In this document: piece by piece, positions 12,081 through 25,878 of the stretch
Position numbering within the stretch: the first letter of the stretch is position 1
Layout: each line of letters opens with the position of its first letter
NCBI RefSeq assembly: GCF_006345805.1
Contig: NC_043021.1
Location: 19,468,001-19,532,000 of the forward strand
Source of the DNA: Octopus sinensis
Taxonomy: Eukaryota
Reading direction: 5' to 3'
Length of the DNA stretch: 64,000 bases
Made by a program: the position numbers and the translations under genes
Notes under the pieces: generated by a model
Told to the model about the DNA's origin: nothing
Database searches by the model: none
The model's input: the letters and a program-made list of their open reading frames with translations, nothing else

Positions 12081-13164
12081 GTAAGAGAGTGACATTTTTC
12101 CTTTTTTTTTCCCCCCTCATAAAAGTTCTAATAGTCTGGTTGCTGTGCTTGGTTTGTCACCTATTTTCTACTATAGCTTCAAGTTGATCACTGTCTTTCT
12201 GCAGAGACCCCTGGCTATGAGTATGTGCATGCCAATCTCTCCACCCTGAAGAGGGAAGCCTGATATACCATAATATCTGTGCATCCACTATTCACTGCAT
12301 ATTCTTGACTCTGTGCGAACTCCATCTGCAAACATTATTACATAATTTCAATCCTCTAGAAACAGCTGTCGGACCTGAAATATCATACCTTTTCCCCTTA
12401 GTTTTCTTTGTACTTTGTGTAAATCTTCTCTGTTAACTTATACATTTATAGCTGAGTGGTCATTGTCTGAATATTTTCAGTCTTTGTTTTCTCTCTATTT
12501 GCATGGCTTAGTGGTTAGAGTATTGCACTCACGATTGCGAGATCGTGGGTTTGATTCCCAGACTGAGCATTGCGTTGCGTTCTTGAGCAAAGCACTTCAT
12601 TTCATGTTGCTCTGCAATCATATGGACACCTGGCATGTGGCACCCAGTTGCACCTGTACAGGTAATGTTGATGTGATGGAGGAAGTGAGCTTATGTCTAC
12701 ACAAACATTTCATCACTATAAACAAATCATTTGTGTGGTTGGGTTGATCAGTAAGAAACTGTCAAACCCTCATACAACAATGGGAGAGTCCATTATATAA
12801 TAATAATAATAATGAAATCATTGTATACAGTGCTCAGGTGCACCACAACTTGTCAGAAAGTGCATATAAAGTACATGCAGTAATGTACAAATGTCTGGAA
12901 AGCGAACAATGCATGAGTCAGATACATGCTTGTGTGTGTATGGAGGGGAGGAAATCAGGTGTGGTGTTGGCGAATCTCAGGAAGCATGGAAGTTTTGAAG
13001 GATGCAGTGCTCCGACAACTAACAACTGATGCCGGCAGTTTGTTCCATGCTTCAGCAACTCTCAGCGTGAAAAAATGTTTCCTGAAGTCATGGGAGCTGA
13101 CTTATATACACACACACACACACATACATAGACGGATCTCTTTATCACTTGTTTTTCCTTGCAG

Positions 13165-13376
13165 TGTATATCTGAAGAAGTTTCAACGAATGAAGAAATC
13201 AGGAAAATCAAGATCCTCATTGCAACCGGAATGAAGACAAACGCCAGCAAACTTTGGAATTATCGCCTGACCTGGGAGGAAGAAAAGGTTTTGTGGGAGA
13301 TTGACAAAGAGTCCTTCATATCTAGATACAAATTGTCACAGCCGTCTGTATCAAAGTTTGATGGAGATATCGGCAG
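13165..13376 (+). CDS. DNAH2: Dynein heavy chain exon 5
   Basis: ttgcag|TGT...AG|gtaatt; CISEEVSTNEEIRKIK...WEIDKESFISRY...FDGDIG(R); 212 nt, ends phase 2. Confidence 0.92.
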
Positions 13377-13845
13377 GTAATTCAGGATGTGTGTCTTTTT
13401 ATATACACCTCTTACTCTCTCTTTTACTCTTTTACTTGTTTCAGTCATTTGACTGCGGCCATGCTGGAGCACCGCCTTTAATCGAGCAAATCGACCCTGG
13501 GACTTATTCTTTGTAAGCCCAGTACTTATTCTATCGGTCTCTTTTGCCGAACCGCTAAGTGACGGGGATGTAAACACACCAGCATCGGTTGTCAAGCGAT
13601 GGTGGGGGGACAAACACAAACACGCACACACACACACACATATGTATACATATGTACGATGGGCTTCTTTCAGTTTCCGTCTACCAAATCCACACACAAG
13701 GCTTTGGTCAGCCCGAGGCTATAGCGGAAGACACTTGCCCAAGATGCCACGCAGTGGGACTGAACCCGCAACCATGTGGTTGGTTAGCAAGCTACTTACC
13801 ACACAGCCACTCCTGCGCCTGTGTATATATATTTATGTATGTATC

Positions 13846-14077
13846 TATTTCTTTACTACCCACAAGGGGCTAAACACAGAGGGGACAAACAAGGAAAGAC
13901 AAACGGATTAAGTCGATTATATCGACCCCAGTGCGTAACTGGTACTTATTTAATCGACCCCGAAAGGATAAAAGGCAAAGTCAACCTTGGTGGAATTTGA
14001 ACTCAGAACGTAGCACAGACGAAATACCGCAAAGCATTTCGCCCAACGTGCTAACGTTTCTGCCAGCTCACCGCCTT
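13846..14077 (-). mobile_element. SINE-B: tRNA-headed SINE (about 230 bp) with a Deu/Nin-like central domain
   Basis: Sense GGCGGCGAGCTGGCAGAAACG...GAGTTCAAATTCC...GCCTTTCATCCTTTCGGGGTCGATAAATTAAGTACCAG. Copies 15988-16223(-), 31983-32382(-, two adjacent), 36107-36337(+), 44049-44284(-), 57879-58110(-), 62923-63155(+, 15-bp TSD ACTTCAGGGGTCCAT). Deu/Nin resemblance is from memory. Confidence 0.88.
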
Positions 14078-14405
14078 TATATATATATATAAAGTGTATA
14101 TATATTTATGTATGTATCATCATCATCCTCATCATTTAACATCTGTTGTAGATGCTGTCATGGGTGGGATGGTTTGTCTGGGGCTGGTGCATTGCCTTGA
14201 GGGACTGATTAATTAATTAATTAATTTCCTGTCTTCCGTGGTGAGATGGAAGACAAGGTAACAGTGGGAACAGGTGAAGAAGGTTGGCAACAGGAAGGGC
14301 ATCCGGTTGTATGCCGCAAAAAAAAAATCTGCCACGACAAATTTCCATTTGACCCACGCAAGCATAGAAAAGTGGACAATAAGCATTGATGATGATGATG
14401 ATGAT

Positions 14406-14438
<33 letters not shown>

Positions 14439-15772
14439 TCTAAAGAAGGAGCAGATTTCTCGCAAAGAAACAAAGCTTCATTCGTGGAAGTTAGTTGACA
14501 ACATCGGTGAAAAGTTAAATGTTGAATTTTCACCAAGTCTCCCATCATCATCATCATCATCATTGTTTAACGTCTGCTTTCCATGCTAGCATGTGTTGGA
14601 CCATTTGACTGAGGGCTGGCAAACCAGATGGCTGCACCAGGCTCCAATCTTGATCTGGCAGAGTTTCTACAGCTGGATGCCCTTCCTAATGCCAACCACT
14701 CCGAGAGTGTAGTGGGTGCTTTTACATGCCACCGGCACGGGGCCAGTCAGGTGCTGCTGGCAACGACCTCGCTTGAATCTTTTACATATGCCATCGGCAC
14801 AGGTGCCAGTAAGGCAATGCTGGTAACGATCCCGCTCGAATGGTGTCTTTTACGTGCAACTGGCATGGAGGCCAGATAGCCGCTCTGGCAACGATCACAT
14901 TCGGATGGTGCTCTTAACACCCTACTAGCATGGGGCTCGAATGGTGCCAGTAAGGCGACGCTGGTAACGATCACACTCGAATGGTGCCTTTTAAGTGCCA
15001 CTGGCACAGAAGCTGGTTAGCCACTCTGTCGTATTTTGTACAGTTCCACTTAGATTGTGTTTGCATTGTGTATGTTGGCTGGTCACTTTCCCTGCTTGTA
15101 CATTCACACACAAACACACCATCATCATCATCATCATTTAACGTCCGTCTTCCATGCTGGATTGGATTAGACGGTTTGACAAGAGCCAGCCAGGTAGAAG
15201 ACTACACCAGACTACTGTGTCTGTTTTGGCAGGGTTTTTATGACTGGAGGCCCTTCCTGACACACGGACACACACATTTTTTTTGTCTTTTATCTGTTTC
15301 AGTCATTAGACTGTGGCCAAGCTGGGGCACCAGCTTAAAGAAATCTTTTAGTTGAATGAATCGATCCCCAGTTTTTGTCTTTCGTTTTTCTTTAAGCTTG
15401 ATACTTATTCTATCAATCTCTTTTGTTGAACTGCTAATTTACGGGGATACACACACACCAACACTGATTGACAAGTGGTGGTGGTGGGGGACAAACAGAC
15501 ATAAAGGTGCATACACACACACACACACACACACATATATACACAACAGGCTTACTCTTTTACTCTTTACTCTTTTACTTGTTTCAGTCATTTGACTGTG
15601 GCCATGCTGGAGTACCGCCTTTTAGTCGAGCAAATCGACGCCCAGGACTTATTCTTTGTAAGCCTAGTACTTATTCTATCGGTCTCTTTTGCCGAACCAC
15701 TAAGTTATGGGGACGTAAATATACCAACATCGGTTGTCAAGCGATGTTGGGGGGACAAACACAGACACACAA

Positions 15773-15811
<39 letters not shown>

Positions 15812-16407
15812 CGACAGGCTTCTTTCAGTTTCCGTCTACTATAAATCCACTCACAAGGCTTTGGTCGGCCCGAGGCTATAGTTGAAGACACTTTCCCAAG
15901 GTGCCACGCAGTGGGACTGAACCCGGAACCGTGTGATTGGTAAGCAAGTTACTTACCACACAGCCACTCCTGCACTTCTTTCAGTTTCTTATTTCTTTAT
16001 TGCCCACAAGGGGCTAAACACAGAGGGGACAAACAAGGACAGACAATGGGATTAAGTCAATTACATCGACCCCAATGCGTAACTGGTACTTAATTTATCG
16101 CCCCTGAAAGGATAAAAGGCAAAGTCGACCTTGGCAGAATTTCAACTCAGGATGTAATGGCAGACAAAATACCACCAAACATTTCACCCAGCGTGCTAAC
16201 ATTTCTGCCAGCTCGCTGCCTTCATTCAGTTTCTGTCTACTAAATCCACTCACAAGGCTTCGGTTGACCCAAGACTATAATAGAAAACTCTTGCCTGAGG
16301 TACCACACAGTAAGACTGAACGCAGAACCATGTGGTTGGAAAACAATCTTCTTACCACACAGCTACACATATCCTTTATTACATAACTGCTTTATGTATG
16401 TCATCCT

Positions 16408-17121
16408 TTAACCCTTTCGTGACCAACCAGGCTGAAACCGGCTCTGGCTCTAAGTAAAAATGTCTTGTTTTCATAAGTTTTGAATTGAAATCTTCCACTA
16501 AATCTTAGTCACAATTTATGTTCTGAACACTAGTTGAATGATAACTAAGTTATTTTACTAAATTCTTTGTTATATTTAAAGTAATTTACAGAAATACAGA
16601 GCATCTCAACAGAAATATGGTAACAAAACGGTTAAGAAATGATTAATTTAACCCTTTTGTTACCAACCCAACTGGCTCTGGCTCTGTAGTACAAATGTCT
16701 TGTTTTCAAAAGTTTTGAAATAAAATCTTCCACCAAATCTTAATCACAATTTATATTCTTAACACTAGCTGAATGATAACTAACTTATTATACTAAATTC
16801 TTTGTTACATTTAAAGTAATTGAAGGAAACACAGAGCATCTCAACAGAAATATGGTAACAAAAGGGTTAAAATATATAACAGAGAAATAATTCTTAACCC
16901 TTTCGATACCAACCCAGCTGAAGCTGGCTTTGGCTCTGAGTACAAATGTCTTGTTTTCATAAGTTTTGAATTAAAATCTTCCACCAAACCTTAGTCACAA
17001 TTTATGTTCCTAACACAAGCTGAATGATAACTGAGTTATTTTACTAAATTCTTTGTTATATTTAAAGTAATTGAAAGAAACAGAGAGCATCTCTGAATAA
17101 ATACTGTAACGAAAGGGTTAA
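16408..17121 (-). mobile_element. Three tandem MITE-P2 copies (piggyBac-type, TTAA|CCCTTT...AAAGGG|TTAA)
   Basis: Three approximately 220-bp units joined by 12-nt and 23-nt spacers. Confidence 0.9.
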
Positions 17122-17152
17122 TAACATTATGGTTTTTCCTCTTATGTTTCAG

Positions 17153-17353
17153 ATACACGGAAAAGGCAAACAACATCCAAAGCAAAGAGACAGTTATGAA
17201 CATAGACTTTGTCGTCCTCAACTGTACTCCCCTGAAAGCTGCCATCCAGGGCCATTGTATAGAATGGCAGAATAAACTAACAGGTCTTCTTTTGGAATTG
17301 GCCACAACTGAACTCACAACTCTTGATACCTACATTAAAACGAACACTGAGCT
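17153..17353 (+). CDS. DNAH2: Dynein heavy chain exon 6
   Basis: tttcag|A TAC...CT|gtaagt; YTEKANNIQSKETVMNIDFVVLNCTPLK...HCIEWQNKLT...; 201 nt; absent from ORF track in this frame. Confidence 0.92.
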
Positions 17354-18309
17354 GTAAGTAATTAGGGATCATTTGTGCGTTGGGGTTTGTTTCTATCATT
17401 TCATTTGGTATTGTTTTACAGGTTTTAACCATAAAACTGTGGTCCTGAAGGGCTTAGTATTGGCACCTGCGTTTTTGTCTGGTCTTTCTTTTGTCAATGT
17501 TGGGAGAAGATAAAGCAATATTGGGCCTGGGTGGGATTTTGACTTATAACTTTAAAGAGAAAGCATTGAGCTTATCATTATCATCATCATCATCATCATC
17601 GTTCAACGTCCGCTTTCCATGCTAGCATGGGTTGGAAGAATGACTGAGGGCTGACGAACCAGATGGCTGCACCAGGTTTCAATCTTGATCTGGCAGAGTT
17701 TCTACAGCTGGATGCCCTTCCTAACGCCAACCACTCTGAGAGTGTAGTGGGTGCTTTTACGTTTCACCGGCACAGGACCAGTCAGGCGGTACTGGCAACG
17801 ACTTCGCTCGAGTCTTTTACACATGCCACCGGCACAGGTGCCAGTAAGGCGATGCTGGTAACGATCACGCTCGAATGGTGCCCTTTTACGTGCCACCAGC
17901 ACAGAGGCCAGATAGCTGCTCTGGCAACGATCATGCTCGGATGTTGCTCTTTAAGGCGATGCTGGTAATGATCACGCTCGAATGGTGCCTTTTAAGTACC
18001 ACTGGCACAGAAGCCAGTTAGCCGCTCTGTCAATGATCATACTTGTATAGTGCTCTTTGCACCCCACTAGCACGGACGCCAGTCATCGAATTTTCATTTT
18101 CATTTTGATTTTTGATTGCCAAATTATTTGTCAAATGTTCTGGCTTCTGCTGCTCACACACACATGTGACTTTGCCTTTCCCTAAAATTTTTGGCCTTGT
18201 GCTAGAATTTGAAATTATTATTAGATTAATGTAAAGGACAGTGGTGTAGTATAGTGGGGATCGGTTGAGCACCAAATGTTAAGATCTGTGGTAATAATAA
18301 AATTGGTAA

Positions 18310-18650
18310 AAAAGGGTGAAGACCTCCTTTGGTCATGAATGACCATGGGACTGCACCTAGAAAGTTACCCTCTGCGGCACAAGTCCGGACAAAGCTGTTT
18401 ATGGAAGACCAGGAATCGCCCATGCATACCAGCTTCCTCTCTCCATGCCATCGTTGTTGTCCAAGGGAAAGGCAGGAGCCGATACAGCTTGGCACCAGTG
18501 ATGTAGCAGTTCATCTCTACAGATGACTGAACTGGAGTAACATGAAATAAAGTGTCTTGCTCAAGAAAACAACACAGCCTGCTCCGGGAATTGAACTCAC
18601 TACCTCATGATTGTGAGCCCGACACTCTAACCACTGAGTCGTTCTCCTTC
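18310..18650 (-). mobile_element. SINE-E: tRNA-headed SINE with CORE-like domain
   Basis: Sense GGCTCAGTGGTTAGAG...GAGTTCAATTCC...TCTTGAGCAAGACACTTTATTTCA; related copies 38345-38680(-) and 12500-12760(+). Confidence 0.8.
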
Positions 18651-19200
18651 ACAGTCGGTAGAGCACTAAATACAAACAACAGTAGAGTGGTATAGTTTTC
18701 ATGGAGCATCGTTTGATACTATCTGGAGCATCGCCCTTTAGTCGAGCAAATCAACCCCAGAACTTATTCTTTGTAAGCCTAGTACTTATTCTATTGGTCT
18801 ATTTTGCCGAACTGCTAAGTTACGGGAACATAAACACGCCAGCATCGCTTGTCAAGCGATGGTGGGGGGACAAACAGACACACAAATATATATATATATA
18901 TATATATACATACATATATATATATATACATATATACGATGGGCTTCTCTCAGTTTCCATCTACCAAATCCACTCACAAGGCTTTGGTCGGCCCGAGGCT
19001 ATAGTAGAAGACACTTGCCCAAGGTGCCACACAGTGGGACTGAACCTGGAACCATGTGGTTGGTAAGCAAGCTACTTACCACACAGCCACTCCTACGCCT
19101 ATATATATAAATGTTCTAAATATGTTTCTTTATAAAGCCCAAACAATACCATTTATAAAAAATGTAAAATATAGGTCAATGCTTATTACTATGACCTAGT

Positions 19201-19240
19201 ATTTCAATATTTCAGGGTTAAGAGCCCTTCTTCAGGAAAT
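19201..19240 (-). ncRNA. Minimal type I hammerhead ribozyme motif (C3-G8) in a Penelope-like remnant
   Basis: AUUUC-CUGAAGA-AGGG(CUCUUAA)CCCU-GAAA-UA-U-U-GAAAU; complete core, palindromic stem III. Confidence 0.72.
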
Positions 19241-20800
19241 CTACAGAGAAAATACAGGTTGTAATACCAACTATTGACCTGTATTTTTAACTTTTTTTTA
19301 ATTTGCATTGTTTTGAAACATTTATATAAAGGACTGTAGTATACTCTTTACTCTTTTACTTGTTTCAGTCATTTGACGGCGGCCATGCTGGAGCATCGCC
19401 TTTAGTCGAGCAACTCAACCCCGGGACTTATTCTTTGTAAGCCCAGTACTTATTCTATCGGTCTCTTTTGCCGAACCGCTAAGTGACGGGGACGTAAACA
19501 CACCAGCATCGGTTGTCAAGCAATGCTTGGGGGACAAACACAGATACACAAACATACACGCACACATATATATATATACATATATACAACGGGCTTCTTT
19601 CAGTTTCCGTCTACCAAATCCACTCACAAGGCTTTGGTCAGCCCGAGGCTATAGTAGAAGACACTTGCCCAAGGTGTCACGCAGTGGGACTGAACCCGGA
19701 ACCATGTGGTTGGTAAACAAGCTACTTACCACACAGCCACTCCTGGTAAGTATGGTAAGAATCAGTAGAGCGCCAAGTATAACGATCAGTGGTGTAGTAT
19801 AGGCAATCGTAATGATGTAGTTACAACCCTCCCCCCTTATGTTAATACAAAAAAAATCTTAATTTTTAAGGTTTACTGCAAGGGTTCTTGACTAATTTTT
19901 TTATCTATGGATTCCTTTCATTATTATTTCACTCTGGTTGACCCCCATTTCCATTCCATGTTTAAAAACTAGTTTTATAGATACTTCGTTCAAAATTCCT
20001 ATTCTGATTTTCGCCCACTAACTATGTAAAACATGGTTCTCAGACATTGTTTATATATGGGCCCCTTTGATTACTATTTTATTCTGCCGGACCCCATAGC
20101 CATTCGATGTTTAAACCCTAATTGTATAGAAACTTCTTTCAAAATTCCTTTTTCTTTTTCATGCATTAACTTGTGTGGGTTGGACTACGTAAAATGTCAG
20201 AGAAAGAAACCTAAATGTTTTTTGCAATATATAACAATACATGCATCTAAAACAAAATTTTTTCAGGGGCCCTTAAAATATTATTGCGTATTCCGACTGG
20301 CCTCCGTGCCGGTGGCACGTAAAAAGCACCATCCGTTCGTGGCCGTTGCCAGCCTCACCTGGCCCCCGTGCCGGTGGCACGTAGCACCATCCGTTCGTGG
20401 CCATTGCCAGCCTCGCCTGGCCCCCATGCCGGTGGCACATAAAAGCACCATCCGTTCGTGGCCGTTGCCAGCTCCGTCTGGCACCAGTGCTGGTAGCACG
20501 TAAAAAGCACCCACTACACTCTCGGAGTGGTTGGCGTTAGGAAGGGCATCCAGCTGTAGAAACACTGCCAGATCAGACTGGGCCTGATGCAGCCTTCTGG
20601 CTTCACAGACCCCAGTTGAACCGTCCAACCCATGCTAGCATGGAAAGCGGTCTCTAAATGATGATGATGATTCCCAGTTTACTATTTCGTTTGGTGAACC
20701 CTCCAACAATCTTTTATGGGCCCTCAGCAATCATATAGACCCCAGTGGAGAACCACTAGTTGACAGTGTCTTTCTTCTTTTTTTCTTTCTTTCTTTTCAG

Positions 20801-20957
20801 TGTATGCAAGACCCCTCAGACACTGGATGAACTGAAGGAAAGCCTGAAACTGTGGGAGGTGCTGAATGGTGAACAGGCTAAAATTGAAGCCCGTTTTCAG
20901 CCCCTAATGGAGCAGTTTGCAATCCTCAACAAATACGAAGTACCAATTGCAGAAGAG
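20801..20957 (+). CDS. DNAH2: Dynein heavy chain exon 7
   Basis: tttcag|T GTA...GAG|gtgagg; VCKTPQTLDELKESLKLWE...EQFAILNKYEVPIAEE; 157 nt. Confidence 0.92.
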
Positions 20958-21371
20958 GTGAGGGATTGTTGTTGTTGTTGTTGCTGGCCCCTGCTTAACC
21001 CTAATCTAGCAAACCTATGATTAAAAGAGTTCCAACCATTGCCATCTCATTTTTTTGTAGACTAAATGTGTCTAAGAATGTGTCTAACCCTAAATGAATA
21101 ACCCCTAAATGCATTTGCATTCCGTTCATTAGGAATGCTGGCTTGTCTGCCTGTCCAGCAGAGTGGCATCATTCAAATGCTACAACAGTGCAAGGAAGTG
21201 CATTGTGACCAGCAGTGTATAACAAACATCCACTAGTCTGGTTAATACAATGTTGTATTATGCACAAATGGATATGGTTACAATATTAGCAAGAGGTAAG
21301 GCATTGGTGGGGCATTTAGTAATATTTGCATGCTATTAAGGTTCTAAATTGTGTTTATATTTCTTTTATAG

Positions 21372-21461
21372 TCGACCATCATGTTACATGAACTGAAGGA
21401 CCAATGGAACACGTTTAAACAAACACTGGAGACAAGCGATTTCTTCCTGAAAAAATCCAAG
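21372..21461 (+). CDS. DNAH2: Dynein heavy chain exon 8
   Basis: ttatag|TCG...AAG|gtatta; STIMLHELKDQWNTFKQTLETSDFFLKKSK; 90 nt; absent from ORF track. Confidence 0.87.
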
Positions 21462-21532
21462 GTATTAATTAGCATTTTTTGATTTACATTGTGCATTTGT
21501 GTGTGCATGCATATGTGTGCGTGTGTATATAT

Positions 21533-21584
<52 letters not shown>

Positions 21585-22672
21585 TGAATTAGAGATAAAA
21601 CCACTATTAGGCAAATCAAACAGTAAAAAACATAAACCAAAATATAGAAATAAAAACAATTAATATAATATACAAAATATATAATATTCAAAATTTAAAT
21701 TATTTAAATTTAAAGTTAAAAATTTAAAATTATTAATTTATATTTATAAATATATATATATATATTTATTTATTTTTATTTTTATTTATATTTATTTTTC
21801 TTTTATTATTAAATATATATATATATATATAACTATCAAAAAGTATTAAAAGGTTTAATATAAGATAAAAAGTATATATATATATATACACACATGTGAG
21901 AGTCAAGACTATTGAAAAGGTTGCAAGATGCAACGAAAATTTTAGGAAAATAAAAATAAGAAATAAGTGGAAATTTTACCGGTGAGTGTGATAAATTATA
22001 AGGCACAAATAGAAAATGACTCTCCCCAGACACAACAGAATATGCTTCAACACACAAACTCATATAAAGAATCTTGCAAACCAAATCCAAAAACGAAATG
22101 TACATAACATATATATATATATAAATTTTAAATAATAAGGGTGAAAAATTGAATATTAATTTGATTAATATCAATTTAAAACCAGTAGTTTAACATATAG
22201 AAAAATCTGAAGATTCAGAAAAATAATATGTAAATGGCACTCATGCCCGTGGCACATAAAAGCACCCATTACACTCTTGGAGTGGTTGGCATTAGGATGG
22301 GCATCCAGCTGTAGAAACCATGCCATATCAGGCAGGAACCTGGTGCAGCCCTTTAGCTCATTATCTCCAATCAAACTGTCTAACCCATACCAGCATTGAG
22401 AGCAGATGGTAAATGATGATGATGATGATGTTGAATTCATCTTCACTCATGCAGCTAATCTAATCTTTCGTTTTTGTTTTTGTCATGTTACCTTCTAGAA
22501 TCTTCTGATAAGAGTAGCAGGATTTTGCTTTGTGGAGACCTCTCTTAGACAAAATATCACAGCTTTGTAAAATTTATCAACATACTATGCAATTGATACT
22601 GTTAGTGTTTATAAAAATACATGTTATTCCATACATGTATGATATTATGGGTCTTTATTATTAGATAGCCAC

Positions 22673-23054
22673 TGTGGAGGCGCAATGGCCCAGTGGTTAG
22701 GGCAGCGGACTCGCGGTCATAGGATCGCGTTTTCGATTCCTAGACCGGGCGTTGTGAGTGTTTATTGAGCGAAAACACCGAAAGCTCCATGAGGCTCCGG
22801 CAGGGGATGGTGGTGATCCCTGCTGTACTCTTTCACTACAACTTTCTCTCACTCTTACTTCCTGTTTCTGTTGTACTTGTATTTCAAAGGGCCGGCCTTG
22901 TCACTTTCTGTGTCACACTGAATATTCCCGAGAACTACGTTAAGGGTACACGTGTCTGTGGAGTGCTCAGCCACTTACACGTTAATTTCACGAGCAGGCT
23001 GTTCCGTTGATTCGGATCAACCGGAACCCTCGTCATAACCGACGGAATGCTTCC
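22673..23054 (+). mobile_element. SINE-C: tRNA-Arg-like headed SINE (about 385 bp)
   Basis: TGGCCCAGTGG A box, CTCGCGG anticodon-like loop, TTTCGATTCC B box; TSD ATAGCCAC (22665-22672/23055-23062). Copies 37936-38321(-), 42761-43145(+), 49821-50212(+, TSD TCAAAATG); variants 29340-29625(-), 61085-61290(+). Confidence 0.92.
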
Positions 23055-23234
23055 ATAGCCACGGTTAGGTATAAGTTCATGGCCAATCCGAAACAGCTGT
23101 CAAGACAAGACCCATACTTCATTCTTGTCATTCATTTGTATTCTATGTAAATATACACATTAGGCCTGCTTATGTTTATGTGACTTTTTACTTGTGTATA
23201 ACTTTATATATGTGTGTGTTCTAATGTGTTTCAG

Positions 23235-23483
23235 GACCAATTCAAATCCAGTCTGATGAATCAGTCAGAAGGTTTCAAGAAACAAGTGACCCATCTGTTA
23301 GAGGAATTCCAACAGAAAGGACCATTTTCTAGTGAAATAGCCTGTGATGTTGCTTTAGAAACTTTAGCTAATTTCAGAGAAAATATCAACATTTTGAAGA
23401 GCCAAGAGCAAGTTTTACGAGGTGGCCTGAACATGTTCAAAGTTGATCTTCCTCCATCTAAAGAAATTATGCTGTTAGAAAAG
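23235..23483 (+). CDS. DNAH2: Dynein heavy chain exon 9
   Basis: tttcag|GAC...AAG|gttggc; DQFKSSLMNQSEGFKKQ...KGPFSS...FKVDLPPSKEIMLLEK; 249 nt. Confidence 0.92.
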
Positions 23484-24958
23484 GTTGGCATGACTTTAAT
23501 GATTCTTTATCACATTTGATTCTTTATCGCATGTACACGAACATCGAAACAAATATCAATGGAAATAGTAGTTGTGATACCGTGTCGGTGGCACATAAAA
23601 AGCACCATCCGAACGTGGCCGTTGCCAGTGCCGCCTCGACTGGCTTCTGTGCCGGTGGCACATAAAAAGCACCATCCGAACGTGGCCGATGCCAGCACTG
23701 CCTTGGCTGGCTTCCGTGCCGGTGGCACGTTAAAAGCACCAACCGATCGTTGCCGATGCCAGACCCCCCTGGCACCTGTGCAGGTGGCACGTAAAAAGCA
23801 CCCACTACACTTGCAGAGTGGTTGGCGTTAGGAAGGGCATCCAGCTGTAGAAACACTGCCAGATCAGACTGGAGCCTGGTGCAGCCCTGGCTTCCCAGAC
23901 CCCGGTTGAACCGTCCAACCCGTGCTAGCGCAGAAAACGGACGTTAAACAATGATGATGTTGATGATGATGATTTGCTTCCAAATTTAATGAAAATTTAC
24001 CCTTTTTTTTTTTTGTGAGTATCGTATTCCTTAACCTTTAGCACGCTGAAGGAGCATCATGTTGCTGTATGAGTTTTCTCCACTCTCAGTGTGATGCAAA
24101 GTACCTGCAGCTACAGGGGAGAAAACTCTACAGTGACATAATGCACCTAAGCATGCTAAAGGTTGGTAGGTCAGGGCAATGACCTGGTGGAATTTCTATA
24201 GCACACCAGAGAAAATGCTTAGCTGTATTTCTTCCAGCTTTACATTTTGCATTCAAATGCTGACAAGGTTGACTTTGCTTGTCATCACGTTGAGTTCAAT
24301 AAAATAAAGCGCATTTGAGTATTGGATGGGGGTCAATGTACCCATCCCCAAAAATCTTGGGTCCTGTGCTTATTGTAGAAAGAATTATATACTTTTATTA
24401 AAAAAAAAAAAAAAGACTTAGTCTTATAGGAAGTTAAACTTTGCTGATGAAAGCAAATAAAGATGAAACATGAAATGTTATCTCTTAGGATTTGTGTGTG
24501 TGTTTCTTTTTTTTCTTTTACTTGTTTCAGCCATTTGACTGTGGCCATGCTGGAGCACCGCCTTTATAGTCGAGTAAATCGACCCCAGAGCTTATTCTTT
24601 GTAAGCCTAGTACTTATTCTATCGGTCTCTTTTGCCGAACCGCTAAGTTACGGGGACATAAACACACCAGCATCGGTTGTCAAGCGATGCTAGGGGGACA
24701 AACACAGACACACAAACATACACACACATACACATATACATATATGTATGTATATATATATATATATATAAATACACATATACGACAGGCTTCTTCCAGT
24801 TTCCATCTTCCAAATCCACTCACAAGGCTTTGGTCGGCCCGAGGCTATAGTAGAAGACACTTGCCCAAGGTGCCACACAGTGGGACTGAACCCGGGACCA
24901 TGTGGTCAGTAAGCAAGCTACTTACCACACAACCACTCCTGCGTCTGTGTGTGCAAAT

Positions 24959-25044
<86 letters not shown>

Positions 25045-25527
25045 TGCAGGTGTGACTGTGTTGTAATAAGCTTGCTTCCCTATCACTTGGTTGCAGGTTC
25101 AGTCCCACTGTGTTGCTGTGTCAGCTTAGATAAGTCTTCTGATATAGCCCCAAGTCAACCAAAGCCTTGTGAGTGGATTTCGTAGATGGAAACTGAAAGA
25201 AGCCTATTGTGTGGTCGTGGTGGGGTGGGGTGGGGTGTGTGTTTTACTGTGTCCTTGCCTTGACAGCCATGTGACGACCCCTGGACGTGGGGAAATATTA
25301 CCTTACCTGGAAACTTGTGACTTTTGGTGCCAGGAAGGGCATCTGGCCATAGAAAACCCATCTCAGCAGCAAATTGCATCCAACCCACATGAGCATGGAA
25401 GAGTGGGTACTCTACTGATGATGGTGATGATGATGATGAGGATGTGTGTGTGTGTGAACTGGTGTCACTATTTCTGCTTAGCCTGCAACTAGTGAAGTTT
25501 ATTGCTATTTCTTATCAATAAAATGTC

Positions 25528-25828
25528 CACGGGCATATGGCGTAGTGGTTAAGAGCGCGGGCTACTAGCCCCAAGATTCCGAGTTCAGTTCCAGGCAGTG
25601 ACCTGAATAATAATAATAAAATTAAATAATAATGACAATAATAATAATAACAATAATAATAATAATAATGGAGTGGCTGTGTGGTAAGTAGCTTGTTTAC
25701 CAGCCACACGGTTCCGGGTTCAGTCCCACTGCGTGGCACCTTGGGCAAGTGTCTTCTCCTATAGCCTCGGGCCGACCAAAGCCTTGTGAGTGGATTTGGT
25801 AGACGGAAACTGAAAGAAGCCCATCGTA

Positions 25829-25878
<50 letters not shown>

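Noticed and set aside
22673-22750. tRNA-like sequences (also 25531, 42761, 49821 and SINE-A/B/E heads)
   Set aside because: They continue into SINE bodies with TSDs and lack paired acceptor stems, so they are SINE heads rather than tRNA genes.
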